Positions 19,449 through 30,101 of a DNA stretch of 64,000 nucleotides are shown piece by piece (within the stretch, counting starts at the first letter, position 1; each line of letters starts with the position of its first letter). This stretch comes from a virus (lineage: Duplodnaviria; Caudoviricetes). The stretch is from the IMG/VR virus record IMGVR_UViG_2974555739_000001, positions 16,149 through 80,148 of that record. One strand, written 5' to 3'. The position numbers and the translations under genes were made by a program. The notes below the pieces were generated by a model. The model had not been told where the DNA came from, made no database searches, and saw only the letters and a program-made list of their open reading frames with translations.

Positions 19449-22400
19449 ATGGTTGAACGCTTAAAACAAACAATCAGACATCCTAAGATGGAAGTGTTAG
19501 TGGATTTTAAAGGTTTGGGCCTGAACAGAATTAATGAGTGGGAAAATATCACTGATTATGTCCTAGATATTTCAGGTAGTAAGGAGAAAGCTACAGAATC
19601 AGTCGGTGGTGTTACTAGTGATATCGTTACATTTGCAACAGATAACAAAGGTAATGTATTTTCAAATACTAATCCTAAAAGTCCTTTTTATCAAAAAGTA
19701 AAATCAAATGTTGACTTTGTTCTCAAGACAGGATTTAAAGGTGAAGAGTTAAAAATTTATGCTGCTGGTATTATCACAAAATTCGCTCCTTCGTGGAATG
19801 ACAAGAAATACAATGTAAGTGCTGAAGATTATTTTTATTTGCTGAAAAATACTGATGCTCCTAAAACAGCTTACCAGGATGTTTCATTAGATGAACTAGT
19901 GCATATCCTTTTAGATACAGCTGAAATTCCTTCACAAATTAAGCGGATCATACCGAAAACTGAATTCAACTTTCAGTATTTTAAATTTGAAGAAGCTAAT
20001 TGTTTTGATGCCCTGAAGAAGCTAATGGAGATTTCCGTTGGTCAGGCATACTTTGAGGGACTTAATTTTGTATTTGAAACAAAGTTAGCACTTGATTATG
20101 AATTAGATTTGACTGTAAAACACACAATTGAAGAGGATGATATCTTTACCTTCGACGAAACAATTGAAGATTCAGATATTGTAAATGCTGTTTCGATTAT
20201 TTCTGATCCTAAGACGATCTTTCCAAAAGAGCTTGTATTTCAAACTCCTGAAAATATCGTACAGGTAAATGAAGAACCTATTACGTTTGGTGATGGTAGT
20301 TCGTTCTTTATTGACAATACTCATTTGCCAATCATCAACAATACTGAAAATCCTATTTCGGTAAAGAATTTAACTCAAGGCCGTACGATTAATATTCTTA
20401 CTGTAGATAAAAATACAGGTAAAATCACAATCGCTCCTGAAAGTTTAGCTTATGTAGCAAAAGGTGACTTGTTAGTTGTTTCTTATTCTTATCAGCAACT
20501 AGTTTTACTTCCAGGCCAATCACGTACTTATTCACTTAGCTTATCAGGTGAGGTACACGCTCTTACAGACGTTGATGTAGCTGTTTGGGATGCAACAGGG
20601 CAATTACCTAGAGATTACTCAACAACGCCAAATAAAGCAAATACAGTATCTCTAAACCAATTCAATTTCAATCAAACTTCAGGTTTGGTTACTGTTGTTT
20701 TAAAGAACAACTATAATGAAGGTATCACAATTTCTACGCTGCAATTACGTGGTAATCCAATTAAAAGTGCTAATCCATTAGAAATTTACGTTCGTGATCT
20801 TCCTTCTATTAACGAATATAAAAAGCAAGAAATACAAATCGCTAACAATTACTTCACGAATACGAAGTTAGCTCAAAAAATTGCACAATACATTGTAGAC
20901 AATCGTTCTCAACCTAGAAAGAAAATCGGCGTTGATATGGATGGTTACACTGAATTAGAACTTAATGATATCGCAAAGGTAATTGAAAATGAAAGCGGAA
21001 CAAACCATACGTTCTACGCTGATCGTATCGATTATTCTTTTTCTGCTGATGGTGGGTGGACTGCTAAAGTTACATTTACTCAAACTGAAACTGAACAATG
21101 GGTGTATGAATCATTTAAAGGTGAATCATGGGAGAAAACAAATCCTGGAAATCCTATCGATGACTTCATTTTCGATATCAATGCAAATATGATTAAGAAT
21201 GGTGGAGCTGAACTTCATACTGGAATTGCTGATTATGTAGATGCTGGTGCAATTGGTTCTGCTCATTATGTTCCGGACTATTGGAGATTCACACGTTCAA
21301 CAGGAAATGCTTCAGCTAGGATTCGTACCGGCGGTGAATTAGCTTTACATGCGGATCAGTCTTTCGAAATCTCAACATCAAATAGCGGTTCAGGTTATTA
21401 TGAACAAACTATCGAAGGTGTTGTTCCTTCTAAGACACATTCAGCTTCTTTTATAGCACGTTTAGATGGGTGTACCGGCGTTTTTATCGTTGAGCAATAC
21501 GCTAACACTAGTTTAATCAAAACGCTTTCATATGACCTTCCTGAAGGCTTAAAAGAATATGAATTCCAATTCGCTTCTGAACCTACAGCAACTTCTTTTA
21601 TTGTCAAGTTTCAAAAGAAAGCTGGTACAAAAGGTTCTGAATCAATGATCTTTGACAAAGTAAAAGTTGAAGAAGCCGACAAAGCTAGTTTGTATTTAGA
21701 AACTAATGAAACTCAAAGTGTTCAAGCTGGACAAAAGTATGATAATTCAGTTATAATCGGTAATAACTACGGTGTATCGGTTTATGATGCTAATAATTCT
21801 CAACGTGTTCGTATGGGCCAATATGCACCAGGAAAGTACGGTATGCGTATTGACAATGGAGCACTTGAAATTGTTAACGGATTATTATATGAACAACTAG
21901 CTAATGATGTAGGTAAAAAGTTAGACATCAGCGCGAATAACGCTATAACAAGTTTAGCTATGAGTATGTCAGGTCTTGATGGTGATTTAGATGCAGTTTC
22001 AGGTATCGTCAATAGTCATACAAGCCTTATCCAGCAGAACTCTGAACAGATACAATTAAGAGTTTTATCGTCAACATACAAAACGGATAAGGATGGAATA
22101 TTGAAACGTCTTTCTGACAATGAAACGGCTATCAGTCAAACGGCCCACGATATCACCTTACTTGCTACTCAAGACTCTTTAGATGAATTAGGTAACGTTG
22201 TTGAATCAAATACAGCAGCAATCAATGTCAATGCTACTGCTATTACTCAACGTGTAACAACATCAACTTTCAATCAGGCCATTACTGATACTAAAGCTTA
22301 TGCTGATTCTGCTGCTACTTCTAAAGCAAATACCGCTGAAAGTAATGCTAAAGCTGCTTCAGAAAAGAATATTCACATTGGTAACACTTCGCCAACCGAC

Positions 22401-25361
22401 ACAACGAGAAAATGGTTAGATACAAATACAACCATTCCGATCTTGAAGTATTATACAGGTGGAACATGGAAAAAGTTAATTCCTACAGCTGCTTCAGATA
22501 TTGGCGCTGAAACTCCATCAGGAGCACAAACTAAAGCAACAACAGCGGAAACAAACGCTAAAAAGTATATGGATTCAGTGAATGCAACAATTCAAGATCA
22601 ATTCACGGCCCAATCATCAAGCATCACTCAACTTTCGAACAGAATAGATAGTAAAGTTGAATCAACAACTTACACTCAAGGTATCGCTGATGCTAAAACT
22701 TACGCTGATGGTAAAGCTTCTACAGCTGAATCAAACGCAAAAGGATACGCCGATACTAAAGATACCGCAACTTTAAATAGCGCTAAAGGTTATGCAGATA
22801 CTAAAGATGCTGTTATCGCCGAAAGAGTAGAAACGAATTCATCTTTAATTAGTCAACAAGCGGATAAAATTTTATCTATGGTTACTAAAACCGAATTCAA
22901 TAGCTTGAAAATCGGTGGTCAGAATAAAGTAACTGGAACTGATTTCAAAAACGCTGTAGGATGGACTAGGTGGAATGTAGGTACACTTTCATTTGCTCAA
23001 GCTGATTCTAGTATGCCTAAAAATTATCTGAAAGTAGAAACAAAAGATGGATCAGGTAACAATTTAACTGTAGCAAGCGGTCAAGCGATAGGTTTACAAC
23101 ATAGTGGACGAACTTTCAAGGTAATCGCTGGTCAAACTTATACAGCTTCTATGATAGTTGCTACTAGTGAATTAGGCGGTATGTTGGATTATCTTTATGT
23201 AATTCACAAAGATGGTCAAGGTAACAAGAGATTAACCAACGTTGATACAACTAATTTCGTAACTGTTCACCCTGCTTATAGCGGCGCTCCTTCAGTTTAT
23301 GATTTCAGAATGGTTTACTTCACATTTACAGCAGCACGTACAGATGACGTTTACTTGTTAATTGGTGGTACAACAAAACGTGACTTAGGTTCTACTGCTT
23401 ATGCCTGGATTCGGTTATACGACTTCAAAGTAGAAGACGGTGATAAAGCTACTGCTTGGACTCCTTCAACAGAAGATGTCAAACAAGATATCAACACACT
23501 TTCTACTCAAATCAGTCAGACAGCTGAAGATATCTCATTGAATGTTGTTAAAAATAACAAAGTATTGACAGCTATCAACGCTTCAGCAGAAGGTGTTAAA
23601 ATCAAAGCTGATCGTTTAGATATCACTGGATTAGTAACATTCAACGTACTAAATAACGATATGCAATCAAGAATTTCTAATGCAGATCAAGCTTATGCTG
23701 ATACTGCTAGATGGAAATTACCAAACACAACTTTAATCAATGGTGGATTAATCGCTGCTGATACAGTTACAGCTAGTCAGATTTTAGTTGGATCGTGGGA
23801 AAACCTTTACCAAAACGGCGGCTTCGAAAAGAAAGATGCTGGATGGAAAAATGCTTCTGTTTGGTCAGTAGTTTCAACAGCTCCTTACAATGGAACGTAT
23901 CACGCTGAAGGAACTTGGGGTAGTAGCGGTGCTGTTTCTTACTATGATGACCGTGAAATTGATGTCAGACCAGGAGAAAAATATTACTTCGAAGGTTATT
24001 TCCGTACAAAAACTTCTACTACAACGAAAGCTAGAACTATCCTGGTGAGATTTAAAGATAAAACAGGATCTTATTCTTACAATATCGTTGAAGAAACGTT
24101 ATCTACTTCTTGGCAAAAGTTTTCTTATGTTGTAGATATTCCTTCTGATTGTGTATCGATGACTATAGGTTTATCTGTAAAAGGCGGTATGCCTTCAGGA
24201 AATTCAACATATGCAGATAACTTATTCTGTAAGCGAATGACAGACGGTTCTTTAATTGTCGATGGAACAATTACAGCTAGTATGATTAAATCATTAAATG
24301 GTTTAAATATTGGTAGCGGTCAGTTTACAGTAGATGGATCAGGTAACGTAATTATTGGTGGTGGAGCAACTTTAAGAGCCGCTAAGTTTGAAGGTCTAAG
24401 AGGTAACACAATTTCATTTGGTGATTACGGTGCTAAAATTGATACTTCTATCGCTGGAACAATCAAACGTACACGTTTTGCTGGAAACGATACAAACTAC
24501 CTAGCTATTGATGATGACGGTACTTTCAACTTTGTTATGAATGGTGACTTCAACCCTAAATTTTATATCGCTAATGGTGGACACAAAGGATTGAAATTAG
24601 GGATGGGCCAAATCATCGGCCTGACTGATGGTGAAGCTATTCACGTTCGTAACGGCGCTAACTCTGATTATGGTAAGTTTGCTGCTGGTGATGTTGCTGT
24701 AACGAAAGAACTTGATGTTTGGGGCAAAGCTAAAATTGGTGGTACAGATTTAACTATTAACGGCTCTACAGCTGGTATGCTTAAATTGAAAGGTTCTCCA
24801 TATGCTTATATGGAATTCTACGCTAATGGAACTCAAGTTGGTTTTGTTGGTTTAGAACAAGCTTCAGGTCAAAATAACGTGATGCTTCAGAATAACAACG
24901 GCGGCGAAGTGTTAATTAAAACTGCCGCAACTCGTGTTAAATTTGACCGATCTGTTGGACAAGTTGTTTTTAAAGATCAGAATGATAATGGTTACATTAG
25001 CTTGGTCGCTAAAGATTTCGTTCCTGGATCATTAAGAGAACTAAAGAAAGATATCGCGCCTTTTGAAAAAACTTCAACAGGAAGAACAGTTTTAGAAGAG
25101 ATTTGCAGCACAACGGTATTTAATTATCGTTACAATGAAGAAGACAGTAAAATCGATCCGTTAAGAATGGGTTTGATTTATGATTCTGCTCCTTACGAAG
25201 TTATTGATCCGCGCGGTCAAGGTATTAATTTGTATGGTTTAGCTACAATGTCCTTCCAGGGCGTAAAGGAATTGAACATTAAATTAGAAGAAAAAGTTTC
25301 TGAATTAGAAATGACTATCGACTCCTTGAGTGCTAGAATAGCTATTTTGGAAACAAAGTAA
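19449..25361 (+). CDS. Tail tip/central fibre protein with carbohydrate-binding modules and C-terminal intramolecular chaperone (peptidase S74-like)
   Basis: 1970 aa; NMIKNGG/NLYQNGGF CBM starts; AK.YAD..A.TAE.NAK repeats; SLRELKKDI...FNYRY...GLIY C-terminal motif. Confidence 0.8.
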   Translation: MVERLKQTIRHPKMEVLVDFKGLGLNRINEWENITDYVLDISGSKEKATESVGGVTSDIVTFATDNKGNVFSNTNPKSPFYQKVKSNVDFVLKTGFKGEELKIYAAGIITKFAPSWNDKKYNVSAEDYFYLLKNTDAPKTAYQDVSLDELVHILLDTAEIPSQIKRIIPKTEFNFQYFKFEEANCFDALKKLMEISVGQAYFEGLNFVFETKLALDYELDLTVKHTIEEDDIFTFDETIEDSDIVNAVSIISDPKTIFPKELVFQTPENIVQVNEEPITFGDGSSFFIDNTHLPIINNTENPISVKNLTQGRTINILTVDKNTGKITIAPESLAYVAKGDLLVVSYSYQQLVLLPGQSRTYSLSLSGEVHALTDVDVAVWDATGQLPRDYSTTPNKANTVSLNQFNFNQTSGLVTVVLKNNYNEGITISTLQLRGNPIKSANPLEIYVRDLPSINEYKKQEIQIANNYFTNTKLAQKIAQYIVDNRSQPRKKIGVDMDGYTELELNDIAKVIENESGTNHTFYADRIDYSFSADGGWTAKVTFTQTETEQWVYESFKGESWEKTNPGNPIDDFIFDINANMIKNGGAELHTGIADYVDAGAIGSAHYVPDYWRFTRSTGNASARIRTGGELALHADQSFEISTSNSGSGYYEQTIEGVVPSKTHSASFIARLDGCTGVFIVEQYANTSLIKTLSYDLPEGLKEYEFQFASEPTATSFIVKFQKKAGTKGSESMIFDKVKVEEADKASLYLETNETQSVQAGQKYDNSVIIGNNYGVSVYDANNSQRVRMGQYAPGKYGMRIDNGALEIVNGLLYEQLANDVGKKLDISANNAITSLAMSMSGLDGDLDAVSGIVNSHTSLIQQNSEQIQLRVLSSTYKTDKDGILKRLSDNETAISQTAHDITLLATQDSLDELGNVVESNTAAINVNATAITQRVTTSTFNQAITDTKAYADSAATSKANTAESNAKAASEKNIHIGNTSPTDTTRKWLDTNTTIPILKYYTGGTWKKLIPTAASDIGAETPSGAQTKATTAETNAKKYMDSVNATIQDQFTAQSSSITQLSNRIDSKVESTTYTQGIADAKTYADGKASTAESNAKGYADTKDTATLNSAKGYADTKDAVIAERVETNSSLISQQADKILSMVTKTEFNSLKIGGQNKVTGTDFKNAVGWTRWNVGTLSFAQADSSMPKNYLKVETKDGSGNNLTVASGQAIGLQHSGRTFKVIAGQTYTASMIVATSELGGMLDYLYVIHKDGQGNKRLTNVDTTNFVTVHPAYSGAPSVYDFRMVYFTFTAARTDDVYLLIGGTTKRDLGSTAYAWIRLYDFKVEDGDKATAWTPSTEDVKQDINTLSTQISQTAEDISLNVVKNNKVLTAINASAEGVKIKADRLDITGLVTFNVLNNDMQSRISNADQAYADTARWKLPNTTLINGGLIAADTVTASQILVGSWENLYQNGGFEKKDAGWKNASVWSVVSTAPYNGTYHAEGTWGSSGAVSYYDDREIDVRPGEKYYFEGYFRTKTSTTTKARTILVRFKDKTGSYSYNIVEETLSTSWQKFSYVVDIPSDCVSMTIGLSVKGGMPSGNSTYADNLFCKRMTDGSLIVDGTITASMIKSLNGLNIGSGQFTVDGSGNVIIGGGATLRAAKFEGLRGNTISFGDYGAKIDTSIAGTIKRTRFAGNDTNYLAIDDDGTFNFVMNGDFNPKFYIANGGHKGLKLGMGQIIGLTDGEAIHVRNGANSDYGKFAAGDVAVTKELDVWGKAKIGGTDLTINGSTAGMLKLKGSPYAYMEFYANGTQVGFVGLEQASGQNNVMLQNNNGGEVLIKTAATRVKFDRSVGQVVFKDQNDNGYISLVAKDFVPGSLRELKKDIAPFEKTSTGRTVLEEICSTTVFNYRYNEEDSKIDPLRMGLIYDSAPYEVIDPRGQGINLYGLATMSFQGVKELNIKLEEKVSELEMTIDSLSARIAILETK

Positions 25362-25474
25362 ATAATAGGAATAAAATGGAGTGGTTTTTATAACCATTCC
25401 TTTCTTTTTTGTGAGATTTTGTATTTTGTTATATGTATTAATGTTACATGAGACAAATTTAGGAGGTGCTAGGA

Positions 25475-25651
25475 ATGGACAAGCAACAATTACAACCAAC
25501 ATTTGAAGATGTGGTAAAAGAATTAAAGGCTAGGATCGGCGATTTAGAAGTAGAAAAAGCTATCGCTGTTTCCGCTAATGCTAAAAAAGATATTTATATT
25601 GCTGAATTAGAAGCTAAATTACCAGCTGAAGAACCAAAAGAAGAAAAATAA
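25475..25651 (+). CDS. Small coiled-coil protein
   Basis: AGGAGG RBS and ATG at 25475. Confidence 0.6.
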   Translation: MDKQQLQPTFEDVVKELKARIGDLEVEKAIAVSANAKKDIYIAELEAKLPAEEPKEEK

Positions 25652-25664
25652 GGAGTGAAAACAG

Positions 25665-26111
25665 ATGGTTTCTGAAATCACTAAGACCGCTTCAGAATTA
25701 GCCGGTTCACAGTTTGTTTTCGGAATCCTTTTCATTCTTCTTTTGGTTGCTGTTTTGTGGAGTGTTCATAAAGCTTTTACTCAAGTGCAACAGAATAATA
25801 TTGCTCAAGCTAATAAAATGGATGATATGCACTTGCAGCGGCAAGCACAACTAATGGAAATATTACAAGAAAACAAATCCGAAAGCAAAGAACGCGAAGA
25901 TAAGTTGTATGCAGAACGCGAAAAATTAGTTTTGACAATTGATCGTTATAATGACCAATTAGAAGCTTTGAGTGATACACAAACCAACACAAATGAGACA
26001 TTAAATAAGATGCAAGACAACCTAGAAAACCTTCAAACTAATTTCACTGAAATGAATTACAGTGTAAGAGTATTGAATGATCGTGTTGATCGTATCGAAC
26101 GAAAAAATTAA
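25665..26111 (+). CDS. BhlA-like holin/accessory lysis protein
   Basis: One N-terminal TM helix (SQFVFGILFILLLVAVLW) plus a long coiled coil; upstream of the endolysin. Confidence 0.6.
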   Translation: MVSEITKTASELAGSQFVFGILFILLLVAVLWSVHKAFTQVQQNNIAQANKMDDMHLQRQAQLMEILQENKSESKEREDKLYAEREKLVLTIDRYNDQLEALSDTQTNTNETLNKMQDNLENLQTNFTEMNYSVRVLNDRVDRIERKN

Positions 26112-26126
26112 TTAGGAGTGGTAAAA

Positions 26127-27305
26127 ATGGCTTATACATTAGACGATTTACTGAAGAAAGCGAAACCTAGATTAGAGGGAGTTCATCCATCGGTTCAGGC
26201 ATGTGCGCTACAATTGATTACTAAAGCTTATGCTAAAGGTTATAAATTGATTATCACACAAGGATTACGAACAATTTACGAACAAAATAAGTTATATGCA
26301 AAAGGACGTACAACGGCACAATTACGAGCTGTTGGTATTAGTGGAATCGCTGGTAATCCTTCAGCTGCTATCGTTACTCGTGCAAAAGGCGGTACTTCTT
26401 ATCATAACTACGGTTTGGCATTTGATATCGGAATTTTACGAACTGATGAAAAAGATGTTGATTGGACTGATTCAAAATACCGTCCTATTGGAGCTTTAGG
26501 AAAAGAATTAGGTTTAGAATGGGGTGGAGATTTCAAGTCAATTAAAGATACTCCACATTATCAGTTATCTTTCGGCCTTTCTATTGCTGATTTACAAGCA
26601 GGAAAACGTCCTAAAAACTCAACTGTATCTGTTCATCCAGGAGTTCAAGTTGTTAAGATGGGTTCTGAAGGTTCACTAGTAAAAGAAGTCCAACAAAAAC
26701 TTAACAAATTAGGTTTTGATTGTGGTGATCCGGATGGTATTGCTGGTAAGAAAACTGTAGCTGCTATCGAAGACTTCCAGGCTAAATTTGGTCTTTCTAA
26801 AGATGGTATTGCTGGACGTGATACTTTAGCGAAATTGAACCAATTAGCTGCTGAAAAAACTGAAGAAGTTAAAAAAGAAGCAGAAAAGAAAGACTTACCT
26901 AAAGTTGAATCTTTCGGCGGTACACCAATTCGTGTAACTACTATCACCGATGCAGGAGTTTATCGTCATGCTGATATCTCTGACAAACATCGTACGATTA
27001 AAAAAGGAACAACTTTTAGAGTATACGGAAACACTTATGCAGCATGGGCCGTTAATGATGGTTTCGTTCAAATGAAAGATGTTGAACCTCAAGCAATGAC
27101 TATTCATACCGGCGGCGTTAATATTGCTATGCAAACTGAATTGAAGCGTTTTATGTCAGGTCTTAACAAAGATACTGTATTAATCTTCAAATCAGAAGGT
27201 GGTAATCCTTACGCTGAAATTACTGCTAAAGGTTTAGTATTAGTTGAAATCCTTCGTTACCTAAAAGCTAACAAATGGTATTACAAAGAAGCTCCAAAAG
27301 CTTAA
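26127..27305 (+). CDS. Endolysin: M15C L-Ala-D-Glu peptidase, PG_binding_1 domain and further C-terminal binding region
   Basis: QGLRT..EQ..LY, SYHNYGLAFD, WGGDF...DTPHYQ motifs; GSEG..VKEVQQKL...DGIAG..T..A...FQ...L..DGIAG. Confidence 0.9.
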   Translation: MAYTLDDLLKKAKPRLEGVHPSVQACALQLITKAYAKGYKLIITQGLRTIYEQNKLYAKGRTTAQLRAVGISGIAGNPSAAIVTRAKGGTSYHNYGLAFDIGILRTDEKDVDWTDSKYRPIGALGKELGLEWGGDFKSIKDTPHYQLSFGLSIADLQAGKRPKNSTVSVHPGVQVVKMGSEGSLVKEVQQKLNKLGFDCGDPDGIAGKKTVAAIEDFQAKFGLSKDGIAGRDTLAKLNQLAAEKTEEVKKEAEKKDLPKVESFGGTPIRVTTITDAGVYRHADISDKHRTIKKGTTFRVYGNTYAAWAVNDGFVQMKDVEPQAMTIHTGGVNIAMQTELKRFMSGLNKDTVLIFKSEGGNPYAEITAKGLVLVEILRYLKANKWYYKEAPKA

Positions 27306-27324
27306 TTTTTAGGAGGTGAACAAA

Positions 27325-27585
27325 ATGGACAAAGGTACTTTAATTCGTACGGTGCTCCTAGTCGTGGCCCTGATTAACCAAACGTTAATTATGGTGGGTA
27401 AACCTGTTTTACCGGTAGACGAACACCAATTAACTAACCTGATCGACAACGCTTATTTATGGGGATCGACGGTTTATTCAATCGTTATGATCCTGGTAGC
27501 ATGGTATCGAAACAACTTCATTACTAAGAAAGGTAAGGCCCAAAAAGAAGTTCTAAAGAAACACGGTCTTACTAAAGCAAAATAA
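27325..27585 (+). CDS. SPP1-family holin
   Basis: DKGTLIRTVLLVVALINQ.L...G...LP...AW.RNN.IT.K motif. Confidence 0.85.
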   Translation: MDKGTLIRTVLLVVALINQTLIMVGKPVLPVDEHQLTNLIDNAYLWGSTVYSIVMILVAWYRNNFITKKGKAQKEVLKKHGLTKAK

Positions 27586-27616
27586 AAAGGAGGGCGTAAT
27601 AGCCTTCCTCTTTTTT
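27584..27616. terminator. Bidirectional terminator between the late and replication blocks
   Basis: AAAAAGGAGGGC-GTAATA-GCCTTCCTCTTTTT. Confidence 0.75.
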
Positions 27617-28160
27617 ATATCTTGACAAACTTATTGTACCCCATTTGCGGAAAGATATGATATTCAATTTTGTTCGCTTCGATCATTTCTGCTAAGAATC
27701 CAGCTATGTCATTTTCGACAACGTTACAATATCCATCTGTCAAGAAATTATCAAACATTTTTTCAGCTACTAACTTTTTTCTTTTGGTTTCCATTTCCTC
27801 TTTTCTCATTAGGAAATAACTAGCAGCATGTCCACTTAATTTAATTCCTTGATCCGTACATTCAACTTCAGGAGCTTTAAATTCCTTCTTTTTGAATTCT
27901 TCGATGTTAGCTTGTAATTCGTATAATCTTTCTTGTAAATTATTGAAATTAGCGCCAAAAATATCAGCGATTTTGACGCAATCTACAACTGACACGTTCA
28001 CAGCTTCGAAAAAGCCTTCTGAAGAATTATGATAACCTTGAGAGTAATTGTATTCTGATATGGTAAAAAGACCATTAGACTGCAATCTGAAGCTAAGAAA
28101 ATCACGTTTCGAACTCCTTTCAATGGAAGCTCCTGGAAAAGTTGTAATTCTTTTGTTCAT
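27615..28160 (-). CDS. Hypothetical protein
   Basis: 181-aa ORF with GGGGG RBS. Confidence 0.55.
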   Translation of the reverse strand: MNKRITTFPGASIERSSKRDFLSFRLQSNGLFTISEYNYSQGYHNSSEGFFEAVNVSVVDCVKIADIFGANFNNLQERLYELQANIEEFKKKEFKAPEVECTDQGIKLSGHAASYFLMRKEEMETKRKKLVAEKMFDNFLTDGYCNVVENDIAGFLAEMIEANKIEYHIFPQMGYNKFVKI

Positions 28161-28182
28161 TTGTAAATTCCCCCTATAAAAT

Positions 28183-28350
28183 TTATAATGTTGTTTGTTC
28201 AGCGGTAATTTTTCTTAAATGTCTAGCTACCGTTTCGACAACTTCAAAATATTCCTTGTCACCAAATAAATTAAACAAAAACATGTAGTCGTTATAAACA
28301 TCCAAGAGTCCATCAATAATTTCTTTTTTTGACAATTCTTTTTGTTTCAT
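28183..28350 (-). CDS. 55-aa hypothetical protein (MKQKELSKKEII...)
   Basis: Manual translation; AGGAGG RBS. Confidence 0.65.
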   Translation of the reverse strand: MKQKELSKKEIIDGLLDVYNDYMFLFNLFGDKEYFEVVETVARHLRKITAEQTTL

Positions 28351-28411
28351 TATAACTACCTCCTATTTAATTGGTTAACCTTATTATAAATGGTAAATTC
28401 CTATAAGTCAA

Positions 28412-28915
28412 TTATAATTTTGGTAAATATTCGTTTTGAATCAGCCAATGAATGCCTATACCGACAGAATCACTGGCATCGTCAGTTAAGAAATTCAATT
28501 CTTTGTTTTTGTGCCAAATTCTTTTGCTATATTTTTTTACTTCATTTTCAACATCTTCTTTACTTGCCGATCCGTTTCCAGTGAAATCTTTTTTGAACGA
28601 CTTATTGTTCAACTCTTCTACTTCGGAAAAGGCAAATACTTTGTTAGTTATACCATGAACCAACGCTAATTTATATCCTGATAGTCCAGCTTGATTAACC
28701 CATTCTTCCTTTACGACTTTATGAGGAAAATAATTTTGCCTTAACGTAGACAGAAACATTTCTAAGTGAATAAGCTTCTTTCCTTCATCTTTTGTTTCGA
28801 AATGGTTATTGTTAATATGTCCATAATTCAAAAGTTTCGGCTTATTTCTAATGTCGAAAATAGCATATCCGTACGAATTTAATGATGGATCAAGACAAAT
28901 CAAAAACATCTTCAT
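28412..28915 (-). CDS. ruvC: RuvC-like Holliday junction resolvase
   Basis: CLDPSLNSYGYA, VVKEE, KKDFTGNGSASKEDV, DDASDSVGI catalytic pattern. Confidence 0.85.
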   Translation of the reverse strand: MKMFLICLDPSLNSYGYAIFDIRNKPKLLNYGHINNNHFETKDEGKKLIHLEMFLSTLRQNYFPHKVVKEEWVNQAGLSGYKLALVHGITNKVFAFSEVEELNNKSFKKDFTGNGSASKEDVENEVKKYSKRIWHKNKELNFLTDDASDSVGIGIHWLIQNEYLPKL

Positions 28916-29606
28916 CTACCTCTTTTCTGTTAAAAGGCTTATTCAAACCTTTTTCTCTTATGAAGTCGTTATAAGTGTCAATAGCTTCTTCTTTCGTTAT
29001 ATAATTACCTAAGAATTTTTTCTTCTTATCGAAAGATATTTCACATTTAAAGAAAGAACCTATTTGTTTTATCCCTACATCTTTAGTAGTACCTGTGAAT
29101 TTATCGATTATCTTTCGAATATCTTTTTTATCGCGAAGTTTTTCTTTTGGCACGTCATTCAAAAAGGCATATTCACCATATTTTCTTTTAGCGAATAAAT
29201 TGTAAGCAAAAGCTGCTGATTCTTCTTCATTAAAATAACCTATTGTTTTTGTTGTTTTTCCTTCAGCTATTTTCGCTATCCAGGTATTTTTTGTTTTACA
29301 AAAATGAACACCTTTATATTTAGAAGAAAGAACTTTTATCTTTCGTGTGTTCCCTTGACTTTGACTTTCACTACATACCCTCAAATTTTCCCTGGTGTTA
29401 TTCAGGGTATCGTGATCTTCGTGATCTACTATTTTACCTTCAGGAAAATTCATTATTTCTCTATGCATCATAACTTTACCTTTAGGAGTATTTCTTACAG
29501 CGTAACCATTAGACGTTTCGTGCCAATTATACTGATTCAAATAGTTAAAATCGCATTCACTAACTTTAACTTCATTTCCGCTACTTAATGTTATAGTTCT
29601 ATGCAT
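28890..29606 (-). CDS. HNH homing endonuclease with AP2 domains
   Basis: MHREI...VDHEDHDTLNNTRENLR; SKYKGV...W.AKI AP2 motif. ORF track start 29621; GGAGG RBS supports 29606. Confidence 0.85.
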   Translation of the reverse strand: MHRTITLSSGNEVKVSECDFNYLNQYNWHETSNGYAVRNTPKGKVMMHREIMNFPEGKIVDHEDHDTLNNTRENLRVCSESQSQGNTRKIKVLSSKYKGVHFCKTKNTWIAKIAEGKTTKTIGYFNEEESAAFAYNLFAKRKYGEYAFLNDVPKEKLRDKKDIRKIIDKFTGTTKDVGIKQIGSFFKCEISFDKKKKFLGNYITKEEAIDTYNDFIREKGLNKPFNRKEVDEDVFDLS

Positions 29607-29684
29607 TTCCTTTACCTCCATAAAAAAACACCCTTTCGCATTTTATACAAACATTAATACGAAAGAGTGTGACTTTTTTATTGT

Positions 29685-30080
29685 TTAAGCTTCTAATAAT
29701 TCATTCTTCCAGGCATCAGTTTTAAGTGACTCTAACCATTTACCATCTGTTGTATCACTAGCTAAATCAAAGAACAAGCTTTGTAAGATAGCGCTTTGTC
29801 GCTGATCCAACTTGACTTCCAAACGGTTAGATTTGTCACCTAAGAAAGTTAATCGATGAATAGTGACTTCATTTACAGAACCGGTAATAACACCTTTATC
29901 AAATTCGCGTAACAATTCATCACTTTCGATACTAAACTTTTGATGAACTTCAAAGTGAACTCTTTCATTAGTAACATGAGTTACTTCACCGTGAAAATAA
30001 AAACCATGATTGTGTTCCGTAAAAACAATTTTATCCCCATCTTGAAAATCGTTAACAGTATAAGCATAGTGATTTGACAT
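29685..30080 (-). CDS. Hypothetical protein
   Basis: 131-aa ORF with AGGGGG RBS. Confidence 0.55.
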   Translation of the reverse strand: MSNHYAYTVNDFQDGDKIVFTEHNHGFYFHGEVTHVTNERVHFEVHQKFSIESDELLREFDKGVITGSVNEVTIHRLTFLGDKSNRLEVKLDQRQSAILQSLFFDLASDTTDGKWLESLKTDAWKNELLEA

Positions 30081-30101
30081 AACTTAAACCCCCTTTAGAT
30101 T

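Noticed and set aside
702-26947. Short antisense and alternate-frame ORFs inside structural genes (e.g. 702..893, 5183..5440, 14250..14528, 16156..16524, 26645..26947)
   Set aside because: Fully inside well-supported genes, with no RBS or motifs noticed.
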